This document shows, one piece after another, positions 9,321 to 18,003 of a DNA stretch of 38,550 nucleotides. The position numbers and the translations under genes were made by a program. The stretch covers positions 1 through 38,550 of the forward strand of contig JBMFNT010000001.1 of assembly GCA_049970015.1 (NCBI GenBank). Reading direction: 5' to 3'. Below the pieces are notes generated by a model. That model made no database searches. It was not told the DNA's origin and was given only the letters and a program-made list of their open reading frames with translations. This stretch comes from Candidatus Micrarchaeia archaeon. Its GTDB lineage: Archaea; Micrarchaeota; Micrarchaeia; CAILAH01. Position 1 is the first letter of the stretch. Every line of letters begins with the position of its first letter.

Positions 9321-10432
9321 CAACTTCCCATCTTAGTTTTTTCATAAGCATCCATAATAATCTTTTTTAATTTTTCTTGGAATTCTAAACTCATTTTTTT
9401 CATCACATCAAATACCATTTCTATTCCTTGCTTTTTTTCCTCATCTGAGAGCGGCTCTCCTTTTATCCATACATCTTCGTGGCTTGATATTACTGGTGTG
9501 CCATCATCTTTTATTTGGATTTCTTCTGGTTTGTCATGCCCTGTTCCATTTTCGTGCATTATTCTTAAAAGTGCGCCAAGTGCAGATAATGCCTTTTCAA
9601 TCTGTTCGGTGTTTGTTGCATTCTCTTCAATAAATCTTCCCAATTTTTTTCCTTCATCTTTCATTATTGCTACTGGAACATCTTCAACATCTACCATTTC
9701 TTCTATTGTTTGAACTGGAAGATCTTGTTTTCTCATTATTTCTATTTTCTCGATAATTGAAGGTTCCCAAAAAAGTATTCTTTTTGCAGCCAGCAAATTA
9801 TCTATTTTACAGATAAATCTAAAGTTTTCCTGTGGCATGCCCACAGCATATTTTTGATAATGATATGGTGCCAATCGTTTAAGTGTTTGAATTTGTCTAC
9901 TTATTTCAAAGTACCTATCAGCCGTTGCTTTTTTACCAATGAAAATTGTTTGATCTGATGGAATGGAATCCAAAAAACTTTTGAAAAATTTATTGTGATC
10001 AATCGCTAACTTTGGATTTGGGAAGAAATTAAAACAACAGTAAGGCTCTACGATCTCTTTATAGCCTATGTTGCCACCATTGTAAATATATTCTGCAAAT
10101 TTTTCTTTTTCATTACCTATGTTTGTTATAAGTGCAAGTTCCTTTATCCACAAACGAGTTAACAGGGCGTGGCCAAGTAAAATTTTAACGAAACTATTAT
10201 CTTTCCGTAAAATTAAATTTGCCCCACTGCGGAAAAATCTACCGCCAACTGTTGCAAGCAAAAGCATTGATCTTTCGTTCAAACTATTATCTAAAGAACA
10301 TTTTTGTTTTAATGAAGAAAATAGGTTTTCGAATTCTTCTAAAGATATCTCAGATTTTGAAATTACAGGAAAATGTTTTCTGAACGATATCGGCAAGCTT
10401 TGGACCTTTCTTTCTTCACTTTTTGTTATCAT
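9320..10432 (-). CDS. Hypothetical AT-rich protein with degenerate kinase-like (Bud32/RIO-like) C-terminal region
   Basis: 370-aa ORF; VAIMKDEGKKLGRFI...LGALLRIMHENGTGHDKPEEIQI resembles kinase subdomains V-VIb but lacks intact HGDL-x-N and DFG. Confidence 0.55.
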   Translation of the reverse strand: MITKSEERKVQSLPISFRKHFPVISKSEISLEEFENLFSSLKQKCSLDNSLNERSMLLLATVGGRFFRSGANLILRKDNSFVKILLGHALLTRLWIKELALITNIGNEKEKFAEYIYNGGNIGYKEIVEPYCCFNFFPNPKLAIDHNKFFKSFLDSIPSDQTIFIGKKATADRYFEISRQIQTLKRLAPYHYQKYAVGMPQENFRFICKIDNLLAAKRILFWEPSIIEKIEIMRKQDLPVQTIEEMVDVEDVPVAIMKDEGKKLGRFIEENATNTEQIEKALSALGALLRIMHENGTGHDKPEEIQIKDDGTPVISSHEDVWIKGEPLSDEEKKQGIEMVFDVMKKMSLEFQEKLKKIIMDAYEKTKMGS

Positions 10433-10477
10433 CCAGCAACACCCACTTTATTATTTATTCAAAACTGTGTTGCTTTA

Positions 10478-11983
10478 TCATTGAACTACATCAAACCCGC
10501 TCTTTGATGCTTCAACAATCGCATTATACTTCCAGCGCCTGATAGAATCATATATCTTATCAATACCTATCCTTACCTGTTTTGCATCATTCCTGAACCT
10601 GACCGTAACCGTATTATCCTCAATCGTTTGATAATCTACAGTAATACAATATGGTACACCAACCTCATCTGCCCTCGCATATCTTCTGCCAACACTACCA
10701 CTCACATCATAATATAGATCTAAGTTTTTACACAAATTCTGGTATATCTTATATGCTGCTTCGTGAAGCCCATCCTTTTTCATAAGAGGGAGTACATATG
10801 CATCGTATGGTGCAATCCTTGGTGGAAGGTTAAGCCAGTCCCAACCACGCTCCTTGTCTTCACAGTATGCGTGTTCAAGCGTACACCAAAATAACCTACC
10901 AAGGCCAATCGATGGCTCAACAACATGAGGAAGCACTTTCTTACCGTCAACTGTAACCTCAAGGTTCTTCCCTGAAAACTCCTTATGCCTTGCCAGGTCA
11001 TAATTAGTCCTATAAGCAAGGCTTATTACTTCAACCCACCCAAACTTTGTTGGGATCTCCACATCAAAATTGCCTCCTGAGTAATGTGGCGTCTCATCTT
11101 CCATAAGATGCCTTACCCTAAAGTTCATTATACCCAAACTATTCAGCAGCCTCTGTTCCTTTTCTATAAAATATGCAAGCGTCTTTAGCGGTATGTCCCC
11201 TGTCTTGTACGCAATACCAAGAGAAACAAGTTCAAAATTCTTGCCTTCCCTCTGCTGTTGCCTTGTTTGGAGAGGGATTATTACATCCTTTACCTTTTCA
11301 AGAAGTACGCTATCATCACTCTCTGGATCAAAGAAATATTCCAGTTCCATCTGTTCAAACTCTCTGACACGAATCAGCCCCTGTCTCGGTGCAATCTCAT
11401 TCCTGTACGCGCGACCTACCTGGCCGATCCCAAGCGGGAGACGCCCCCCATACGAATTAAATATCCTATTGAAATCCAGGAATATATTCTGGGCGGTTTC
11501 AGGGCGCATGTAACCAACAACCCCTCCAGCAGGACCAATGTTCACCGAAAACATAAGATTGAACTGTGAAATTTCCGAAAGCCGTGTGCCACATACCGGG
11601 CATTTCACAAAATTATCTGCAAACAATTGCCTAAGCTCATTAAGAGATAAGTGTGACGCATCTATATTGAGCACTTCACCTGCAATATGGTCTGCTCTAA
11701 ATTTACTGTGACATTTCTTGCATTCAGTCAATGGATCATTGAAGTTTTCAACATGCCCGCTTGCTTTTAACACAGCTTCCTGTAAAGTTGTCGAACCATC
11801 TATTTCATGAAACCCATCTTCCTTTATGAAAATCTCACGCCACATACCTACTATCTTATTTTTTATTGAAACACCTATCGGGCCATAATCATAGAAACCT
11901 GCTACTGGATTATAAATTTCGGAAGTGGGAATTATAATACACCTTCTTAACATCAGATTATACAACTTCTCATGCATATACAA
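10478..11983 (-). CDS. glyS: Glycine--tRNA ligase (archaeal/eukaryotic alpha2 type)
   Basis: GFYDYGPIG, YMRPETAQNIF, RNEIAPRQGLIRVREFEQMELEYF, PHVVEPSIG, GRRYARADEVGVP; start may be 11977. Confidence 0.97.
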   Translation of the reverse strand: MYMHEKLYNLMLRRCIIIPTSEIYNPVAGFYDYGPIGVSIKNKIVGMWREIFIKEDGFHEIDGSTTLQEAVLKASGHVENFNDPLTECKKCHSKFRADHIAGEVLNIDASHLSLNELRQLFADNFVKCPVCGTRLSEISQFNLMFSVNIGPAGGVVGYMRPETAQNIFLDFNRIFNSYGGRLPLGIGQVGRAYRNEIAPRQGLIRVREFEQMELEYFFDPESDDSVLLEKVKDVIIPLQTRQQQREGKNFELVSLGIAYKTGDIPLKTLAYFIEKEQRLLNSLGIMNFRVRHLMEDETPHYSGGNFDVEIPTKFGWVEVISLAYRTNYDLARHKEFSGKNLEVTVDGKKVLPHVVEPSIGLGRLFWCTLEHAYCEDKERGWDWLNLPPRIAPYDAYVLPLMKKDGLHEAAYKIYQNLCKNLDLYYDVSGSVGRRYARADEVGVPYCITVDYQTIEDNTVTVRFRNDAKQVRIGIDKIYDSIRRWKYNAIVEASKSGFDVVQ

Positions 11984-12016
11984 CTTTAATTAATTTACCT
12001 TTATTAATATTTACTC

Positions 12017-12778
12017 ATGGATAGGGAAGAGATCTTAAGGAAGACTAAGGAACAGTTGAGATCTTCATACAGTGCAGAGGATTTTCTGCAGCATTCCTCA
12101 CAAACGCTGGATGATCTTGATGAGGTAATAAATGTTCTGTTTGAGCATCTCAGGAACTGGTATTCAATATACCTGCCAGAGGTATCAAAGGTTGAAGACA
12201 GGGAGGTTTACCTAGAAATAGCTGAGAAATATGTAAGGGGAGATGAGAAAAGCCTAAGCATGCTTAGCAGTAAGGCAAGGAGTGTGCTGCCCAAGAAAGA
12301 ATCTGTAGGTTCGCCTGCAACCGAGAAAGATGTTGAAATTCTGAGGTCGTTTGCAAGAAGAATACATGAATTGATGAAATTGCGTGATGAGATTTGTAAA
12401 TACCGTGATGAGACTGCTAATAAGATCGCAAGGAACCTTTCATACCTATTGGAGCCGGCACTTGCAACCAAGCTCATAGTTGAGGCACATGGACTTAAGA
12501 GGCTGGCAAACCTGCCTGCAAGTAGTATACAGGTACTGGGTGCGGAAAAGGCATTATTCATGCACCTCACGAAAAACACAAAGCCGCCAAAGCATGGAAT
12601 AATATTCTTGCACCCACTTATGCGTGGCGCAACCAAACAAAAACGAGGGAAGATTGCAAGGCTTCTTGCTGCAAAGATCTCAATTGCCGCAAAGGCAGAT
12701 GCATACTCAAAAAATTTTATAGCGCCCAATCTTAAGGCAGAGCTTGAAAGAAAGGTTGAAGAGGTACTCAAGAAATGA
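12017..12778 (+). CDS. nop5: Nop5/Nop56-58 box C/D sRNP protein, short form
   Basis: LRNWYSIYLPE coiled-coil region; Nop domain PASSIQVLGAEKALF, PPKHGIIF, RGKIARLLAAKISIAAKAD. Confidence 0.92.
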   Translation: MDREEILRKTKEQLRSSYSAEDFLQHSSQTLDDLDEVINVLFEHLRNWYSIYLPEVSKVEDREVYLEIAEKYVRGDEKSLSMLSSKARSVLPKKESVGSPATEKDVEILRSFARRIHELMKLRDEICKYRDETANKIARNLSYLLEPALATKLIVEAHGLKRLANLPASSIQVLGAEKALFMHLTKNTKPPKHGIIFLHPLMRGATKQKRGKIARLLAAKISIAAKADAYSKNFIAPNLKAELERKVEEVLKK

Positions 12779-13437
12779 TTGTGCTTGCTTTGTCTGACTT
12801 GCACTCTGAAGATAGAGTTATAGATAAGATTGTAAAGTTGACCTCACGGAAGGGGTATGATGCCATTTTTCTAGTTGGGGATATATCAGATTATGGAAAT
12901 GTAGGATATTTAGATGAGCTTATAGCTGCGATCGGGGATATACCTATATATTCAATACCAGGAAATATGGATGACAAGCCTGTTAGAAACATACTGCAAG
13001 AAAAAACATTGTATGCAGACCTTAGGAAGCTAAGGATAGGCAACAAATATGACTTGTTTGGCATAGGTGGTGGGCTAAGGGGACCGTTCGCAACACCGTA
13101 TGAATACGATGATGAGAGCTTGCTATTAAAAATTGATGATGTTGTACTTGAGCCACCATCTATTGTGTTATCACATTCACCACCGTATGGATACTTTGAT
13201 GATGTTGGGATGGATGTGCACATTGGTTCAAAGGCTGTACTGAAATTTATGAATAATAATGTTCCTTTCATGCTTGTGTGCGGGCATGTGCATGAGCACA
13301 AAGGGTACTTAAAAGTAGGTAACGTGAATATAATAAAACTGGGCCCTGCAAAAAAAGGTTGTGCCGCTGAAATAAAGTTTAGTTATGTAAGCGAGCATAA
13401 AAACAATGTTGAAGTCAACTGGATAAAAATGTTTTAA
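12775..13437 (+). CDS. Calcineurin-like metallophosphoesterase
   Basis: SDLH, GDI, PGNMD, SHSPP, CGHVHE motifs. Confidence 0.92.
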   Translation: MIVLALSDLHSEDRVIDKIVKLTSRKGYDAIFLVGDISDYGNVGYLDELIAAIGDIPIYSIPGNMDDKPVRNILQEKTLYADLRKLRIGNKYDLFGIGGGLRGPFATPYEYDDESLLLKIDDVVLEPPSIVLSHSPPYGYFDDVGMDVHIGSKAVLKFMNNNVPFMLVCGHVHEHKGYLKVGNVNIIKLGPAKKGCAAEIKFSYVSEHKNNVEVNWIKMF

Positions 13438-13445
13438 TGCAAAGC

Positions 13446-14042
13446 TTATGATGCCTTAGCGGCAGAAGATGCCTTAAACTTCTTTTCTATAAGCTCTGTT
13501 TTTGTTATCTCAACGCGCTTGATAGGTGCAATCTTCTTGATGTTATTATAAATCTGTGATGATAATTTCTTGAAAAGCACTGACTGCATGAATGAGTCAT
13601 AGTCTAGATTGGCAGCAGTATCACTTACAATCTTTTCTGCCTCCTTGCGCAGTGCAATCCTTGTATCAGTGCTTACCTTACTAGCAGTCACAATAATTGA
13701 CTTGACATACAATTCCTTGCCATCTTTGGTTCTTACCTTGAGAACATCATCAATCAGGGACATACCTCTCCTGATGAGCGTCCTCAAGTAAGTCCTTATG
13801 AAAGTATGGCCGATTAAATACGTATATGCAGTCTTACCTTTTACTTCACCAATCCGAAAGCATAGATTCGTGTAAGCATGGGGTACCTCACCAGTAAGCT
13901 CACCAAGATTAACTGTAACCACCCTGTTAAGCAGATGTGCTTCCTCAAGCGCAATTACATCCCCAATCTTCTTTTCATCAAACAACTTTGGGGATATGAC
14001 CGAGTACCATGACTTGAGCTTCCACTTGTCTCCTCTTGCCAT
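13446..14042 (-). CDS. rps3ae: 30S ribosomal protein S3Ae (eS1)
   Basis: DKWKLKSWYSVISPKLF, NRVVTVNLGELTG, KKIAPIKRVEITK. Confidence 0.95.
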   Translation of the reverse strand: MARGDKWKLKSWYSVISPKLFDEKKIGDVIALEEAHLLNRVVTVNLGELTGEVPHAYTNLCFRIGEVKGKTAYTYLIGHTFIRTYLRTLIRRGMSLIDDVLKVRTKDGKELYVKSIIVTASKVSTDTRIALRKEAEKIVSDTAANLDYDSFMQSVLFKKLSSQIYNNIKKIAPIKRVEITKTELIEKKFKASSAAKAS

Positions 14043-14046
14043 TTAG

Positions 14047-14505
14047 TCACCTCACCAACTGTGCAACTTGCTGTGGATCATAGCTCCAGTTTTTGAGCCT
14101 TCCAGTTTCATTATAATATTTAGCAAGCCGCCTTATCTTAGACTCTATCTTATTCAGCTTATCTTTGTTGAGAATATCAGATTTGTTTGCACTAAGATGC
14201 TTTCTCAATCTGACAGCGCGTTTTATAAGATTGAGCAGATCGGGAGGATACTCCTGAACTATACCTTTATCAGCCAGGATCTTTGAAAGCTTCTTACCTG
14301 TTATCACCTTCACATCTGGCACGGCATATGTATCCCTTAATATAACTCCTATTTGTGCAGGTTCAACACCTTCCCTCGCCAACTTGGCCGCCATCTCCTC
14401 AACTTCGGAAGTATCCATGTCAAACCATTTTGGCACTGTGCGCGGATAGTGCTTTCTTGAGCGTTTACATCGTCCTCTCTTGCGTGTGTGCACTCTCGCC
14501 ATCAT
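14047..14505 (-). CDS. rps15: 30S ribosomal protein S15/S13e (uS15)
   Basis: MARVHTRKRG, AQIGVILRD, PPDLLNLIKRA, IESKIRRLAKYY. Confidence 0.96.
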   Translation of the reverse strand: MMARVHTRKRGRCKRSRKHYPRTVPKWFDMDTSEVEEMAAKLAREGVEPAQIGVILRDTYAVPDVKVITGKKLSKILADKGIVQEYPPDLLNLIKRAVRLRKHLSANKSDILNKDKLNKIESKIRRLAKYYNETGRLKNWSYDPQQVAQLVR

Positions 14506-14612
14506 CCATCACCTATAAAACCCTTCTTCAACGGGATATTTTCAGAGAAGCTAAATTTATAACCTTTTGGAACGAGCACGGAGTCATATCAAAACATTTT
14601 GTGCTCTGCTAA

Positions 14613-15998
14613 TCACTGTATCGTATATATCTCAACACCGGAAGGCCTCTTACTTATGTTACCCTCCTTTATGCCCACAATGCACTTTACATTCTTTAGT
14701 GCTGCAAGGTCAAGCAGCCTCTGGGTTATGATGCCATCAAGCACAATCTTGCTCGGCTGTACATCATCTTTATTAAGCTCTGTTATGAGATCCCTTACTG
14801 GAAGCTCCTTAATAAGTACATTGCTTGAATCAAGCAGCCTGGCCTTGAGTGTACCATTAATCTCTGATAAGTGTGCTTGCATCTCAGAAGGTACTTCTCT
14901 CTTAGCCTCTGGTATTTTCTCAGGTTCAGATGTCTCCTCCTGAAATATTTCCTTTCCCGGCCGTGAGTATGTCCTCTCCTTCAATGTCCCCTCTACATCC
15001 TCATAAATTTTTTCGGCCTGTACCCGCCTGCAAACCCCCTGTGTATACTGGGTCTTCTCTTCTGACTCTTGTATTTTATCATATGCGCTCTCACCACGTG
15101 TACCTCTCCTGAATTCCTGCCTATACTTTCCAAGCATGGGCTCTTGTCCCCTATACCTCTTCCTCCCATAGTACAAAGATTCTGCCTGCTCAACAGGTAC
15201 CTTGCTCCTTAGCATCTTTATTATTTCCTTCCTTGATAACTCCTCCACTTCCCTTCCAGGAGGTGCTCTGGCAATAAAGTCAACCTCTGCAACTTCCAGC
15301 ACCTCCTTGAGTATGATATCACCACCTCGATCCCCGTCAAGGAACAGGGTGATTTCCTTCCGCTTGCTCAGGTCAACAATCGTCTTAGGTACAGAAGCAC
15401 CACCAAGCGCAATTACATTCTTTATGTCATTCTTAAGGAGATTTATAACATCCGCACGACCTTCTACAACAATCACAGAATCGTAAGAATCAAGGTCCGG
15501 GCCTGCAGCCAGCCTTTCCGGCCCATACTCTACAACACCCGCTACCTTCACCTCATCACGCACAAGATCAAGAATCTCCTTGCTTTCTGGAAGCGTTTCC
15601 GTGACAAGACTCTTGAGCAGGCTCTTGGCACGGTCAACCAGTTGTTTTCGTTTTACACTTCTCATATCTTCTATCTTTGAAACTGTTATCTTTGCCTCAC
15701 AAGGGCCGACCCTGTCAACACTTTCAATGGCTGCAGCAATCACTGATGTCTCAACCATGTCAAGGCTTGATGGTATGAATATTTTTCCCACACTCTTGCC
15801 TTCTCTTGACACAAGCTCTACATCTATCCTCCCTATTCGTCCGCTTTTCTGCATCTCGCGCAGGTCAAGCTCATCACCGAGTAATCCTTCTGTTTGCCCA
15901 AACACTGCGCCCACAACATCTGGCTTTTCAACAAGACCTTTTATCTCAAAGTCCGCATGTATCAAGTATTTTACAGTATCTATGTATACTTTTCCCAT
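14613..15998 (-). CDS. dnaG: Archaeal DnaG (TOPRIM protein, exosome-associated in studied archaea)
   Basis: KYLIHADFEIKGLVEKPDVVGAVFGQTEGLLG, VVEGRADVINLL, DGDRGG, DGIITQRLLD; ATG 15998 has an AGGTGAT SD. Confidence 0.95.
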   Translation of the reverse strand: MGKVYIDTVKYLIHADFEIKGLVEKPDVVGAVFGQTEGLLGDELDLREMQKSGRIGRIDVELVSREGKSVGKIFIPSSLDMVETSVIAAAIESVDRVGPCEAKITVSKIEDMRSVKRKQLVDRAKSLLKSLVTETLPESKEILDLVRDEVKVAGVVEYGPERLAAGPDLDSYDSVIVVEGRADVINLLKNDIKNVIALGGASVPKTIVDLSKRKEITLFLDGDRGGDIILKEVLEVAEVDFIARAPPGREVEELSRKEIIKMLRSKVPVEQAESLYYGRKRYRGQEPMLGKYRQEFRRGTRGESAYDKIQESEEKTQYTQGVCRRVQAEKIYEDVEGTLKERTYSRPGKEIFQEETSEPEKIPEAKREVPSEMQAHLSEINGTLKARLLDSSNVLIKELPVRDLITELNKDDVQPSKIVLDGIITQRLLDLAALKNVKCIVGIKEGNISKRPSGVEIYTIQ

Positions 15999-16021
15999 AT
16001 TATCACCTACTATTTGTATTC

Positions 16022-16390
16022 TCACTTGATTACAAAACTCTCAAAAGCAGAAGGTACATCTTCAATCGTTCTCACTCCGAAAAGCCGCCTAAACCTTTGG
16101 CGTAATTCATTGTCTGGCATTATGTGAAACCCTGCAAGTATTGACTCTGCTTTTCGCAACTTCACTTCACCAGCCGCATCAAAGTCAGTGAGTACGACAA
16201 AGCGCATTCCCATATGCAGGTCCATCTTTCCAATAGCATCAAGCACTACTACTTGTGATCTCACACCTATCCGGTTGAGCGCACGCACATCCCTCTTTCC
16301 TTCCACAACTACTATACATTCGTTCAGCTCTGTCAAGAGAGATTCAAGCGCTTTTGCAAGCCTTTCTTTTCTCTGGACTAATGATCTCAC
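16022..16390 (-). CDS. Small TOPRIM-domain protein (RNase M5-like)
   Basis: IVVVEGKRDVRAL and VLTDFDAAG TOPRIM motifs. Confidence 0.88.
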   Translation of the reverse strand: MRSLVQRKERLAKALESLLTELNECIVVVEGKRDVRALNRIGVRSQVVVLDAIGKMDLHMGMRFVVLTDFDAAGEVKLRKAESILAGFHIMPDNELRQRFRRLFGVRTIEDVPSAFESFVIK

Positions 16391-16619
16391 TCAGCTCATC
16401 TCCTTCAATGTCAAGCCATATCACTTTCCTTCTTGCCCTGAGGCCGCGCACAATAGAGGATTCGCACCCAAATTCCTTTTTTAACATCTTTAGTAGCTGC
16501 ATATTCGCACGGTTTCCTTCAGCTTTCTCCGTAAGATATACCTCTAATACATCATTACTGCCAAAGCATATGCGTGAACTTTGTGAACCTGGGTGAACAT
16601 GAACCTCCAGATATGCCAT
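16344..16619 (-). CDS. DUF167/YggU family protein
   Basis: LEVHVHPGS, EKAEGNRANMQLLKML, IVRGLRARRK; start moved to ATG 16619. Confidence 0.85.
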   Translation of the reverse strand: MAYLEVHVHPGSQSSRICFGSNDVLEVYLTEKAEGNRANMQLLKMLKKEFGCESSIVRGLRARRKVIWLDIEGDELSEIISPEKRKACKSA

Positions 16620-16628
16620 AAACGACCT

Positions 16629-16716
16629 CTTGAGAGTTAAGCATCTCAAGCTATACTGCGCACTGTCGACCATAGTTCACAGCGCTACAATGCTCTAATG
16701 GCCATCCATGCGCAGC
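16629..16716 (-). ncRNA. Putative structured RNA / 5' leader (two hairpins)
   Basis: GCTGCGCAT/GTGCGCAGT and GGCCAT/ATGGTC stems plus CTTGAGA/TCTCAAG hairpin; G-U pairs work only on the minus strand; TTTATATA box at 16739-16746. Confidence 0.5.
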
Positions 16717-16802
16717 ATTATATTAAAGAGGCAAACAATATATAAACTTATTGCTAAGGCAGGTTCTATAGTATTTTATTCATTTGTTCTTTAACACTAC
16801 TT

Positions 16803-17321
16803 ATGAAAGATGTTGAAAGGATAAATGAGGAAACAATAAGCAAGGGAGGGGTGCTGTTTCTTATGTACTTTGATTCGCATGCGACTTCCGAGGAAGCTGT
16901 AAAAAACAGGCTAACGGAGCTTTTTGCAAAAATCACTACTGAAAAAGGTGTGGTCTATGGAGTGGGAACAATTGAACCCGCAATAAAAGATGTAGTTAAT
17001 GGAAAGGAAACCTTCTCAACATCTGGTGAGATTAAGGTACTAACAAAAGATGTCAGAAGTGCTTTCAGGCTCGCAAGTGCATATGGGCCAGTGTATATAG
17101 AAGTGCTTTCGCCAGAAGAGGTGCATGTGAGCTTTTCGGAACTTCAGGAAACACTGAACGATGTGTCACAAGTGAGCTATAGCTTATCAAATTATATTGT
17201 AAAAAATACGTTAAAGGGCGATTCACTCAATCTATTCCTGAAGAATGTCAAGTATAGGGAACAGTTGGGTGAGAAACTAAGGAAGAGTGGTGGTAAGTAT
17301 GATAAAACAGAGGGGCATTGA
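16803..17321 (+). CDS. Hypothetical protein
   Basis: 172-aa ORF with typical composition; first gene of the apparent operon with the KaiC-like gene, trpS and acyP. Confidence 0.8.
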   Translation: MKDVERINEETISKGGVLFLMYFDSHATSEEAVKNRLTELFAKITTEKGVVYGVGTIEPAIKDVVNGKETFSTSGEIKVLTKDVRSAFRLASAYGPVYIEVLSPEEVHVSFSELQETLNDVSQVSYSLSNYIVKNTLKGDSLNLFLKNVKYREQLGEKLRKSGGKYDKTEGH

Positions 17322-18003
17322 TAAGATACCAAGCGGGATACCCGGGTTTGATGAAATTTCTGATGGTGGGTTTGTTAGGAATAGTATAATATCTCTTTCA
17401 GGAGGAGTGGGCGCTGGCAAGACCATATTTGGCATGCAGTTTTTGTACAATGGAATCACTGAAAATAACGAAAATGGGATGTATGTGTGTTTTGAGGAAA
17501 CAAAAAAATCAATGTATAGAAACATGCTCAAACTAGGATGGAACCTCAAGACACTTGAGGATTCACAAAAACTTACTTATCTCGCATATCCTCCACACGA
17601 AGTTGACCTGTTTTTTGATCAGGAAGATACACTCATAAACCTTATCGACAAGTTTGCTGTGAGCAGGGTGGTGTTTGACACTGTAACTATTCTGGGAATG
17701 CATTTTGACACAAAACGTGCAAGAAAGGAAGGTATGCTTAAGTTTATTGATAAGTTAAGGAAATGGGGGTGCACATCACTCCTCATAAGCGAGACACATG
17801 ACTATCCAAACATAGCTAAAAGTATCGAATCACTTGCAGATACTGTAGTACATCTGTATAATATCAGAGACAAGGGAAACAGAAAAAGGGGTATTGAAAT
17901 AATAGAAATGAGGGGATCAAAACATTCTACAAGTATACATCCGTTTACGATTGGTTCTGAAGGTATTGAAATTGATGCTAACTCTGTGCTTGAGGTGGAA
18001 TAG
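17287..18003 (+). CDS. KaiC/RAD55-like RecA-superfamily ATPase (single domain)
   Basis: IPSGIPGFDEISDGG, Walker A GGVGAGKT, FEE, RVVFDT, RGIEIIEMRGSKH; start may be 17299. Confidence 0.92.
   Translation: MVVSMIKQRGIDKIPSGIPGFDEISDGGFVRNSIISLSGGVGAGKTIFGMQFLYNGITENNENGMYVCFEETKKSMYRNMLKLGWNLKTLEDSQKLTYLAYPPHEVDLFFDQEDTLINLIDKFAVSRVVFDTVTILGMHFDTKRARKEGMLKFIDKLRKWGCTSLLISETHDYPNIAKSIESLADTVVHLYNIRDKGNRKRGIEIIEMRGSKHSTSIHPFTIGSEGIEIDANSVLEVE

Noticed and set aside
8243..10477. Integrated element/provirus at tRNA-Thr
   Set aside because: No duplicated tRNA 3' end seen before glyS, and no integrase or viral genes; at most a two-gene islet
14613..16390. dnaG + TOPRIM as bacterial contamination or a mobile replication module
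   Set aside because: The DnaG is the archaeal type, lacks the bacterial Zn-finger domain, and sits among archaeal ribosomal genes
17287..18003. Circadian clock KaiC
   Set aside because: Single RecA domain and no KaiA/KaiB; belongs to the common archaeal KaiC-like ATPases
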